From IMG/VR virus record IMGVR_UViG_3300047284_000202, positions 23,170-87,169 of that record: DNA of 64,000 nt; one strand, given 5' to 3'. A program made the position numbers and the translations under genes. The notes below the pieces were generated by a model. It ran no database searches. It saw nothing but the letters and a program-made list of their open reading frames with translations, and was not told the origin of the DNA. The DNA comes from a virus. Shown in pieces: positions 1-6,052 of the stretch; within the stretch, counting starts at the first letter, position 1, and each line of letters opens with the position of its first letter.

Positions 1-9
1 AGAGAATAA

Positions 10-1053
10 ATGAAAACATATACTCAGTTCATTGAAGAGTGTTATGAATATATTCTTGAAGGTGCTTATAACGACGAACATGCACTTAGAAAGACTTGGA
101 ATCACTTCATGGTTCATAAAAAGCACGGTGCTGAAGTAAGACAACATCTAGATGCTGGTGATCATAAAGCAGCACTAGATCATATGAAGTCTGAAGTTGA
201 GAAAGCAAAGTCAGATCCTAAGCATCCACTAAGTTTCGAGAAAGCTAAGAGAGGATTTAAAACTGGTAAGACTGATGCAGATAGAAAGTCATACCATCAA
301 GAGTTAGATAATGCTGTACATGGTGCACATACATTGGCAACTAAAGAAAGAAGAACTGCTAATGCTGCCAAGAAAGGTCTGCCAATGCAGAACACTGGAG
401 CAGGTAAAGCACCAGTAACAGCATCATGGGAAAAGACTGGTGCTAAGAATACAACTCCTAAGAGAGATGTTGAAATCCATGATCCTAAGAATAAGAAGCA
501 TGGTATTGGTATTAGTATGAAGAAACCTGGTGGTTCTCAACTAATGTCAGGTGGTCCAGAGGAAACACATGCAACTATCAAACATGCTGCTAAGAGACAT
601 GCTGCAGAACTAGTTAAGTCTGGTAAATCAAAAGAAGAAGCAGATGTAGCACATAAGGATATTGTCAATAGATCTGAAAGAATTTCATGGTTAGTGAAGG
701 GAATGGAGAAAGGATCTCCCGCAAGAAAGGCAGCAATTAAGCAAGCAGCACAGAGACACATTGACCACATGCATGACAATCATCCTGGACTAGAGAATCA
801 CATCGGCAGTGAGGCATCTAGTGGCAATCAGAAGTTCGGTAAGAGGGTCTCAGCAGGGTCTGGACAGGCATCTGTGGTTCTCAAGGGTGCAGACACCAAG
901 AAGGGTGTGGAGGCAAAGGCACAGGACATCAGCAGAAGAGAACGTGCCCGTGGATTCAAGGGTAAGTTGAGAGCAGCATTACCTAAGAGTGACAAAGTAA
1001 ATCCAAAGACAGGTAAGACTAGATCTGGTAACGTTAAATTAGATGAAAGATGA
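10..1053 (+). CDS. Putative virion internal-head protein with a T4-type capsid-targeting N-terminus and a possible PD-(D/E)xK-like nuclease motif
   Basis: N-terminus MKTYTQFIEE resembles the T4 internal-protein targeting sequence (MKTYQEFIAE). Central TPKRDVEI...GISMKKPGGSQLMSGG segment. Very basic protein. Confidence 0.45.
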   Translation: MKTYTQFIEECYEYILEGAYNDEHALRKTWNHFMVHKKHGAEVRQHLDAGDHKAALDHMKSEVEKAKSDPKHPLSFEKAKRGFKTGKTDADRKSYHQELDNAVHGAHTLATKERRTANAAKKGLPMQNTGAGKAPVTASWEKTGAKNTTPKRDVEIHDPKNKKHGIGISMKKPGGSQLMSGGPEETHATIKHAAKRHAAELVKSGKSKEEADVAHKDIVNRSERISWLVKGMEKGSPARKAAIKQAAQRHIDHMHDNHPGLENHIGSEASSGNQKFGKRVSAGSGQASVVLKGADTKKGVEAKAQDISRRERARGFKGKLRAALPKSDKVNPKTGKTRSGNVKLDER

Positions 1054-1199
1054 TTGATAGGAAAAAATTTACATGTCCTCATTGTGGTGGAGTATTTGGT
1101 ATAGGACCGAAAGGTGAAGCATCTATTTACTCCTATAAAATCTATACCTCTCACGTAAATAATTGTGAGAAGAAACCAAAACAATGTAAAAGTTGCTAA
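1050..1199 (+). CDS. Small zinc-finger-like protein (49 aa), not in the ORF track
   Basis: ATGA overlap with the upstream stop. Translates MIDRKKFTCPHCGG...HVNNCEKKPKQCKSC. Confidence 0.55.
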   Translation: MIDRKKFTCPHCGGVFGIGPKGEASIYSYKIYTSHVNNCEKKPKQCKSC

Positions 1200-1228
1200 C
1201 TAAATATCTCCATAACGGAGGTCTTTTA

Positions 1229-1663
1229 ATGGGTAGTTATGAAAATCCTTGGATGTTTAATTCAGAAGTTTTTGAATCGGATAACATTGAAGATTATTTT
1301 GGTTTTGTTTATCATATCTACTGCACTGCAACTGGTAAGTCGTATATTGGTAGAAAGTATTTCTGGAGTTTCCGCACACCGAAGGGCAAATCTAGAAAGG
1401 TTAAATCAGAGTCTGATTGGAAAAATTATTATGGATCATGTCCCGAACTCAAAACCGATGTTAAACTTTGGGGCAAAGCATCCTGCAACAGAACAATACT
1501 TAGCCTCCATAAAACAAAAGGACAGTGCAACTTCGAAGAAACAAAACAACTCTTCTTGAATAATGTACTGACAGAGGCACTGGAGGATGGAAGTCCTGCC
1601 TACTACAATTCAAATATTCTCGGAAGATACATGCGTAAAGATTACTTTGGGAAGGGGGCTTGA
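1229..1663 (+). CDS. denA: GIY-YIG endonuclease, similar to T4 endonuclease II (DenA)
   Basis: FGFVYHIY...SYIGRK GIY-YIG motif, ESDWKNYYGS and YYNSNI. ATG at 1229 follows a GGAGG RBS. Confidence 0.75.
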   Translation: MGSYENPWMFNSEVFESDNIEDYFGFVYHIYCTATGKSYIGRKYFWSFRTPKGKSRKVKSESDWKNYYGSCPELKTDVKLWGKASCNRTILSLHKTKGQCNFEETKQLFLNNVLTEALEDGSPAYYNSNILGRYMRKDYFGKGA

Positions 1664-1689
1664 CAGGGCAGGCAGGGGTGCTATATAAT
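1660..1689 (+). promoter_or_regulatory. Sigma70-type early promoter
   Basis: TTGACA at 1660-1665 and TATAAT at 1684-1689. Confidence 0.75.
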
Positions 1690-1715
1690 TACTAGGTAAG
1701 CAACGGAGACGACCG

Positions 1716-1874
1716 ATGACTGACAAAGAGATTCAAGATTATTTCTACGATTCTCAAATTTATCAATCTACTGTTGATGAACTAGTCGATAAACTCCATG
1801 AACTTATCTCTCAGGGTGATTTCTGCAAAGCACAATTGGTTGCTGAGACTATCCGAGAGTTGCAATTGGGATAG
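1716..1874 (+). CDS. Small hypothetical protein (52 aa) whose stop codon overlaps the tRNA-Arg 5' end
   Basis: GGAG RBS followed by ATG. Translates MTDKEIQDYFYDSQ...RELQLG*. Confidence 0.55.
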   Translation: MTDKEIQDYFYDSQIYQSTVDELVDKLHELISQGDFCKAQLVAETIRELQLG

Positions 1875-1941
1875 TAGCTCAGTGGAATAGAGCAACTGCC
1901 TTCTAAGCAGTCGGTCGATGGTTCGAATCCATCCTATCTCG
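1868..1941 (+). tRNA. tRNA-Arg(TCT)
   Basis: Cloverleaf with acceptor GGGATAG/CTATCTC, anticodon arm ACTGC-CTTCTAA-GCAGT and T loop GTTCGAATC. Confidence 0.95.
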
Positions 1942-1942
1942 T

Positions 1943-2071
1943 AGTCACGGAGAGACTTAAAAAGTACTGGTGGAGTCAATTTTGACCCTATTATGCCCGT
2001 CACGGATGGACGTTAACAGCACTGGTCGGGAACCCCCCTACGGAGTTTCTAGTTTCTCTCAAAAACTGGTG
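1943..2071 (+). ncRNA. 5' part of a modular structured RNA (manA/wcaG-like cyanophage motif) with repeated hairpin/pseudoknot + UGGU modules
   Basis: GTCACGGA hairpin repeated at 1944 and 1999. TGGT motifs at 1968, 2023 and 2067. Stem GAG/CTC whose loop CTAGTTT pairs with AAACTGG. The family name is recalled, not searched. Confidence 0.6.
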
Positions 2072-2107
2072 TATCCTATATAAATAAATATAGTTATATA
2101 GGATACA
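2070..2107 (+). promoter_or_regulatory. 14-bp hairpin containing a T4 late promoter and sequestering the RBS of the HNH gene
   Basis: TGTATCCTATATAA (2070-2083) pairs perfectly with TTATATAGGATACA (2094-2107). TATAAATA at 2079-2086. AGGA RBS lies in the 3' arm, directly before ATG 2108. Confidence 0.85.
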
Positions 2108-2542
2108 ATGGCAACTAGAGAACAAAAGTTAGAAGCAAAAAGACGCTACTATCAAAAAAATAAAAACAAACTAAACTCAGAATCAAGAGAACTCAATACT
2201 AGATTGAGATATGAAAAGAAAAACTTTATCATAGAATCTCTTGGATCTAAGTGTTGTGAGTGTGGGATTACTGATTGTCTAGAAATAGATCATATCAATC
2301 CTGGATTAAAAAAAGATAGAAGATGTCTTTATGTTTGTTCTTGGGACAGAATCAAAAGTGAAATGGACAACCTCCAACTTCTCTGTAGTGCATGTCACCA
2401 TGAAAGATCTCAACTTCAAAAAGATGCTTCGTGGTTTTATTTTAAAAATCTTCCCCTAGAAGAACAAAATAAAATAATGAAGCAGTTTAAAGAGGGAGGT
2501 TCTAACTTGCCTTCCTGGTCCCCGCAAGATAAGGGACAATAA
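2108..2542 (+). CDS. HNH homing-endonuclease-like protein
   Basis: Basic helical N-terminus followed by KCCECG...LEIDHINP...NLQLLCSACH (Zn-binding HNH). Confidence 0.85.
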   Translation: MATREQKLEAKRRYYQKNKNKLNSESRELNTRLRYEKKNFIIESLGSKCCECGITDCLEIDHINPGLKKDRRCLYVCSWDRIKSEMDNLQLLCSACHHERSQLQKDASWFYFKNLPLEEQNKIMKQFKEGGSNLPSWSPQDKGQ

Positions 2543-2620
2543 AAATTCTTGCTGGTGCGGATGGGACTCTCTCCCGCCTGGTTTCCAATTTCCAGTCAAA
2601 GAATTGGTGGCGAGCCTGGA
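2491..2620 (+). ncRNA. 3' part of the modular structured RNA, overlapping the HNH C-terminal codons
   Basis: Stem GTCCC/GGGAC whose loop GCAAGA pairs with TCTTGC before TGGTG. Hairpin GCGGATGGGA...TCCCGC. Stem CTGG/CCAG whose loop CCAATTT pairs with GAATTGG, running into TGGTGGCG. Confidence 0.6.
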
Positions 2621-2629
2621 ACTTAAGTT

Positions 2630-3073
2630 ATGGAATTCTCTATTGTTGGACAGTACTTGAATCAAAAACAAGCATTTTCTAACCCTGCTTTTTATGCCAT
2701 GATTCGTGTCATATATAAACAGGTGGGAGATAACAAACTTAAGTCCGAAAACTGGTACGAATATTTGTACCCCTCAGGGGAACCTTATAAACAGGAATAT
2801 CATTCTTATGATATAATATCCCCTACAGAAGTTGATTTTCAATCCTATAATATGGACTGGGAACCAACCTGTAAATTTAAGTTCACATGGGATGGGAACT
2901 TCTGGGTTGCTGAACCATGTGGTGAGTGCGTAGTAAAGGATATAAAAATAAACAGTACGGTCAAGTTCAATGATCAGGTTTACATTTCCGAAGATGTAGG
3001 TTATGATCGAACAGGAAACGTAGTGTTTGGTCGAGTGGGAATGCCTTTCATTTTTGATAGGATTCCCATTTGA
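2630..3073 (+). CDS. cpeT: CpeT/CpcT-type phycobilin lyase
   Basis: GQYLNQKQAFSNPAFYAMI...EPYKQ...DVGYDRTGNVVFG...PFIFDR pattern of the T-type lyase beta-barrel. Confidence 0.8.
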   Translation: MEFSIVGQYLNQKQAFSNPAFYAMIRVIYKQVGDNKLKSENWYEYLYPSGEPYKQEYHSYDIISPTEVDFQSYNMDWEPTCKFKFTWDGNFWVAEPCGECVVKDIKINSTVKFNDQVYISEDVGYDRTGNVVFGRVGMPFIFDRIPI

Positions 3074-3078
3074 TTCCT

Positions 3079-3158
3079 GCCCAAGTGGTGAAATTGGTAT
3101 ACACGCTTGACTTAGGATCAAGTGCTTCGGCGTGGAGGTTCGAGTCCTCTCTTGGGTA
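3079..3158 (+). tRNA. tRNA-Leu(TAG)
   Basis: Anticodon arm CTTGA-CTTAGGA-TCAAG, variable arm present, acceptor GCCCAAG/CTTGGGT. Confidence 0.95.
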
Positions 3159-3160
3159 TT

Positions 3161-3232
3161 ACTCTGGTAGTCTATTGGTAAGGACGGGTGGACAACACAC
3201 ATGGAAACTAGGTTCGATTCCTAGACAGAGGA
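3161..3232 (+). ncRNA. Non-canonical tRNA-like RNA
   Basis: Intact T arm CTAGG-TTCGATT-CCTAG and a D-like arm with TGGTAA. The acceptor has two mismatches and the anticodon loop GACAACA lacks U33. Confidence 0.65.
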
Positions 3233-3233
3233 A

Positions 3234-3335
3234 ATAAGGTAAGGAAAGTAAAAGGAGCATGGGAACCGTATGGAGATACCGCACCTGCCTTGTTAACACC
3301 CCTCAAGCCTATCAACGATGCTCAAACAGAGGGGT
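3234..3335 (+). ncRNA. Unassigned structured RNA: two hairpins with loop-loop pairing
   Basis: ATAAGGTAAGG/CCTGCCTTGT, ACCCCTC/GAGGGGT, and cross-pairing GAGCAT (3255-3260) with ATGCTC (3318-3323). Confidence 0.55.
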
Positions 3336-3339
3336 CACT

Positions 3340-3411
3340 GCGGATTTAATTCAGTGGTAGAATGGCTGCCTTCCAAGCAGTTCGTCAGGGGTTCGAATCC
3401 CCTAATCCGCT
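3340..3411 (+). tRNA. tRNA-Gly(TCC)
   Basis: Acceptor GCGGATT/AATCCGC, anticodon loop CTTCCAA. Confidence 0.95.
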
Positions 3412-3426
3412 TGAGTTCTAAACTCT

Positions 3427-3434
3427 TATAAATA
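3427..3434 (+). promoter_or_regulatory. T4-type late promoter
   Basis: TATAAATA, upstream of a 32-codon ORF (3457-3555) and the main tRNA array. Confidence 0.65.
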
Positions 3435-3670
3435 AATTCATTAAAGGTCGAAAATCATGAACACTGCATTTATCCAAGAGCATATTAAGTTTAACGATTA
3501 CCGTTGGTATATCGTGGGAACCCCCTTTTGCGATAAATCAGTAAAACTTATGTAAGACCACTGATACATCAGCAAAACTTAAGGGGGGCAGGTTGCAAAA
3601 CCACCCCCCTTTTGCTATGGTAGATTCATCGGTGGGAGACCCACCAGCACCTCGAAAATTTAAACCTCAT

Positions 3671-3742
3671 GGGTCTGTAACTCAACGGTAGAGTAACGGG
3701 CTTTTAACCTGGAAGTTGTGGGTTCGAGTCCCACCAGACCCA
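3671..3742 (+). tRNA. tRNA-Lys(TTT)
   Basis: Acceptor GGGTCTG/CAGACCC, anticodon loop CTTTTAA. Confidence 0.93.
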
Positions 3743-3745
3743 TAT

Positions 3746-3836
3746 GAGAGAGTGGCTACTGTTGGCAATACGTGTGGCTGCGGTCTGTAAAACCGTTACA
3801 TAAGAACCATCGGGGGTTCAATTCCCTCCTCTCTCA
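3746..3836 (+). tRNA. tRNA-Tyr(GTA) with an enlarged D loop
   Basis: Acceptor GAGAGAG/CTCTCTC, anticodon arm GCGGT-CTGTAAA-ACCGT, long variable region. Confidence 0.85.
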
Positions 3837-3840
3837 CCTT

Positions 3841-3912
3841 GGCCCTATAGTGAAGTGGCTATCACGCATCTCTGTCCAAGATGTATCACGAGTTCGAATC
3901 TCGTTAGGGTCG
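3841..3912 (+). tRNA. tRNA-Asp(GTC)
   Basis: Anticodon arm CATCT-CTGTCCA-AGATG, acceptor GGCCCTA/TAGGGTC. Confidence 0.93.
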
Positions 3913-3954
3913 TTGAGAGTCAGTATTCTAACTCTCACGCATTTCTTAGAGTTT

Positions 3955-4087
3955 GCCAGTGTGTAGAGAAATGTTGTAGCAAGAACTGGAATTGGGGAGG
4001 GATTTCTAACCACCATCGGATGATGGCAGGATTCATAAGGCTACGAAGCGTAATCCGTAAGTAACTTCGTGTGGGATACCCCTCCCA
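3955..4087 (+). ncRNA. Unassigned multi-stem structured RNA between tRNA-Asp and tRNA-Glu
   Basis: Stems CCAGT/ACTGG, GGGAGGG/CCCTCCC, CCATC/GATGG and GGATT/AATCC. Long-range pairings TTGTAGC/GCTACGA and ACGAAG/CTTCGT. Confidence 0.55.
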
Positions 4088-4090
4088 TCT

Positions 4091-4162
4091 GGTCCTATCG
4101 TCTAGTGGTGAGGACATCACTCTTTCACAGTGAAGACACGGGTTCAAATCCCGTTAGGACTA
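4091..4162 (+). tRNA. tRNA-Glu(TTC)
   Basis: Anticodon arm TCACT-CTTTCAC-AGTGA. Confidence 0.93.
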
Positions 4163-4165
4163 TAT

Positions 4166-4241
4166 CGGGGAGTAGCTCAGTTGGTAGAGCACATGTCTGA
4201 AGAACATGGTGTCGGTGGTTCAATTCCACCCTCTTCGACCA
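4166..4241 (+). tRNA. tRNA-Phe(GAA), CCA encoded
   Basis: Anticodon arm CATGT-CTGAAGA-ACATG; ends in ACCA. Confidence 0.93.
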
Positions 4242-4314
4242 GGAAACATAGCTTAGTTGGTAAAGCATTCGACTGATAATCGAAAGAGCACTGGTTCGAG
4301 TCCAGTTGTTTCCA
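4242..4314 (+). tRNA. tRNA-Ile(GAT)
   Basis: Anticodon arm TTCGA-CTGATAA-TCGAA, acceptor GGAAACA/TGTTTCC. Confidence 0.95.
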
Positions 4315-4316
4315 TT

Positions 4317-4399
4317 GGAAGATTGGCAGAGTGGTTAATGCAGAGGTTTGCTAAACCTTGAGGGTCACACCTCCGTTGGTTCGAATCCAACATCTTCCG
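4317..4399 (+). tRNA. tRNA-Ser(GCT)
   Basis: Anticodon arm GAGGT-TTGCTAA-ACCTT, long variable arm, G73 discriminator. Confidence 0.93.
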
Positions 4400-4402
4400 T
4401 TT

Positions 4403-4476
4403 GGCAGTATAGCTCAGTCTGGTAGAGCACGGGTCTCATATTCCTATGGACGGTGGTTCAAATCCATCTACTGTCA
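4403..4476 (+). tRNA. tRNA with CAT anticodon (Met or Ile2) and a weak anticodon stem
   Basis: Acceptor GGCAGTA/TACTGTC and loop CTCATAT. Stem CGGGT/TCCTA has mismatches. Confidence 0.75.
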
Positions 4477-4477
4477 T

Positions 4478-4551
4478 GTGACGTTAGCCTAGTGGTAAGG
4501 CAGTGGTTTGTGGAACCACCTAGATGGGTTCAATTCCCATACGTCACCCCA
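4478..4551 (+). tRNA. tRNA-His(GTG), CCA encoded, no genomic G-1
   Basis: Anticodon arm GTGGT-TTGTGGA-ACCAC, acceptor GTGACGT/ACGTCAC, C73. Confidence 0.92.
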
Positions 4552-4552
4552 T

Positions 4553-4626
4553 TGAGAAATCGTCTAACGGTAGGACACCTCCCTTTGAAGGAGTTTATCT
4601 AGGTTCGAGTCCTAGTTTCTCAGCCA
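4553..4626 (+). tRNA. tRNA-Gln(TTG), CCA encoded
   Basis: Anticodon loop CTTTGAA, acceptor TGAGAAA/TTTCTCA, ends in GCCA. Confidence 0.92.
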
Positions 4627-4701
4627 GTTGGGTTGGTCTAATGGTAAGATGCAGGTCTCCAAAACCTTGCGATGGGGGTTCAAATCCCTCACCCTTCGCC
4701 A
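4627..4701 (+). tRNA. tRNA-Trp(CCA), CCA encoded
   Basis: Anticodon loop CTCCAAA. Acceptor GTTGGGT/ACCCTTC has two U-U mismatches. Confidence 0.85.
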
Positions 4702-4702
4702 T

Positions 4703-4777
4703 CCTCTCTTAGCTCAGTGGATATAGAGCACTTGACTACGGATCAAGGTGTCCTAGGTTCGAATCCTAGAGAGAGGG
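4703..4777 (+). tRNA. tRNA-Arg(ACG)
   Basis: Anticodon arm CTTGA-CTACGGA-TCAAG, acceptor CCTCTCT/AGAGAGG. Confidence 0.93.
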
Positions 4778-4778
4778 C

Positions 4779-4807
4779 TTGACAGACTGCTTCTGGTCTG
4801 TTACTAT
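4779..4807 (+). promoter_or_regulatory. Sigma70-type early promoter
   Basis: TTGACA-17 nt-TACTAT. Confidence 0.75.
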
Positions 4808-4832
4808 ATACTATGTGATCAGGGACAAATTT

Positions 4833-4988
4833 ATGTCACTATTATCAAAACAAGATCGAGACCTAACGGTTGAAGCAATTGAGTTCTATCTTTTTAATAA
4901 AAAGTTTGATCTCTCTGAGGAGAAAATCATGCAACTCAATGCCCTTAGGAACTGGATCCAATTAGAAAATTTTAAGCATGAAAATTAA
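4833..4988 (+). CDS. Small hypothetical protein
   Basis: ATG after a GGA RBS, downstream of the promoter. Confidence 0.6.
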   Translation: MSLLSKQDRDLTVEAIEFYLFNKKFDLSEEKIMQLNALRNWIQLENFKHEN

Positions 4989-5151
4989 TCTCTGGTATTG
5001 TGAAACGATGAAACAATGGAGGTGGACTCTAATTGATGATCATCGTCCAATTGTTAAAATGGAATCTGGTCAACAACCAGATCTTCGAGTAGCAATGAAT
5101 GACATTGCTACTACTGTTGAATATATGTTAGAAAATAGTGGGGAAGTGTAA
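4978..5151 (+). CDS. Small hypothetical protein (57 aa), not in the ORF track
   Basis: Translates MKINLWYCETMKQWRWTL...SGEV*. Its end overlaps the tRNA-Met 5' end. Confidence 0.6.
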   Translation: MKINLWYCETMKQWRWTLIDDHRPIVKMESGQQPDLRVAMNDIATTVEYMLENSGEV

Positions 5152-5211
5152 CGGTTGCACAGAAGTCTCATAAGCTTCAGGTAGATGGTTCAATTCCATC
5201 CCCCGCCACCA
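5137..5211 (+). tRNA. tRNA-Met(CAT) with an initiator-like 1:72 mismatch, CCA encoded
   Basis: Anticodon arm GAAGT-CTCATAA-GCTTC, acceptor AGTGGGG/CCCCGCC with A1:C72. Confidence 0.85.
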
Positions 5212-5217
5212 AATCAT

Positions 5218-5289
5218 TCCCCTATAGCTCAACGGCAGAGCAGAGAGCTGTTAACTCTAAGGTTCCTCGTTCGAATCGAGGTGGGGGAG
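5218..5289 (+). tRNA. tRNA-Asn(GTT)
   Basis: Anticodon loop CTGTTAA, acceptor TCCCCTA/TGGGGGA. Confidence 0.93.
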
Positions 5290-5324
5290 TCCGTGTGAAG
5301 GAAGTGTTAAAGGAGAAGTAAACT

Positions 5325-5672
5325 ATGAATTCAAATAATTTTGAGCAACTTGATTTTAAAAACTTAGAATCAAAATCTAGGTTTGCTTCTCTTTTTCCAA
5401 AAGATATTAAATTCTTAATTAAAGCAGTTGAGAATTTTTCAGTAGGGTCTGATACAGACCCTATTTCTGGATTCAGTGATTCTGTTATGATGAAAGAAAG
5501 AGTTCTTCTTAAACTTGAAGCATATCTAGAACTCTTCGGAGGCAAAGATCCAGAAATGATTGATCCAGAATTTATTAAACATCATATGCCCGATGAATTC
5601 AAACAAAAATATTTTGAACAAATTCAAAATCTTCATCAAAAGCACACTAAGAAATTTCCTGCGAGATACTGA
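5325..5672 (+). CDS. Hypothetical protein
   Basis: ORF with an AAGGAG RBS. Confidence 0.65.
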   Translation: MNSNNFEQLDFKNLESKSRFASLFPKDIKFLIKAVENFSVGSDTDPISGFSDSVMMKERVLLKLEAYLELFGGKDPEMIDPEFIKHHMPDEFKQKYFEQIQNLHQKHTKKFPARY

Positions 5673-5829
5673 TAGTATAAATTCCAGTTCAAGCAGACAG
5701 TGCTCAAAGTGTCATGAGGTGAAACCCCTTGACAGGGACCACTACCAGGTGGTAAAGTACTTTCGTACAGGATTCTCCTACTACTGCAATGAGTGTAGCA
5801 AACCTAAACCCCGTGAAAGTTCTTCTTGA
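5560..5829 (+). CDS. Small zinc-ribbon protein (start uncertain)
   Basis: QCSKCHEVKPL...YYCNEC. Contains an internal promoter, TTGACA at 5729-5734. Confidence 0.5.
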   Translation: MIQNLLNIICPMNSNKNILNKFKIFIKSTLRNFLRDTDSINSSSSRQCSKCHEVKPLDRDHYQVVKYFRTGFSYYCNECSKPKPRESSS

Positions 5830-6052
5830 AAGAGAAGGTTATCGATTTGTAGAAAAAGGTATTCTAGAAATTAATGGTAAACCAGACTTTCGTTTGCAGA
5901 AACAAAACTACTATACCAAACGGTGGTATGACATTTATCTTTTTGATAATGGTATGCAATGCTCTCTAGCAATGGAGGATATTGAATATGCAAAATGGTT
6001 AGATCCTGATCGAGTTCCATGTTACATTAAGGGAGATGACGACGATGAATGA
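5789..6052 (+). CDS. Hypothetical cyanophage protein
   Basis: ORF downstream of the internal promoter, with a WLDPDRVPCY motif. Confidence 0.65.
   Translation: MSVANLNPVKVLLEREGYRFVEKGILEINGKPDFRLQKQNYYTKRWYDIYLFDNGMQCSLAMEDIEYAKWLDPDRVPCYIKGDDDDE

Noticed and set aside
2072-2542. HNH cassette as a group I intron or an IscB/HEARO element
   Set aside because: I could not find group I P7/catalytic core motifs. The 144-aa protein has no RuvC or PLMP segments.
2066-2557. CTGGTG at both sides of the HNH cassette as a target-site duplication
   Set aside because: CTGGT is the recurring module motif of the surrounding RNA, and RNA modules resume inside the ORF before the second copy. It is not evidence of transposition.
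3234-3335. RNase P RNA or HDV-like (theta) ribozyme
   Set aside because: GGAAAGT is present, but the complementary P4 strand is missing and the RNA is too short for RNase P. The P3/L3/P1.1 geometry of HDV-like ribozymes is not matched.
3772-4712. ORFs of 60-70 aa in the tRNA array, and N-terminal extensions of ORFs 14346 and 35582
   Set aside because: They overlap clear tRNA genes. The true starts are downstream (14469 and 35795).
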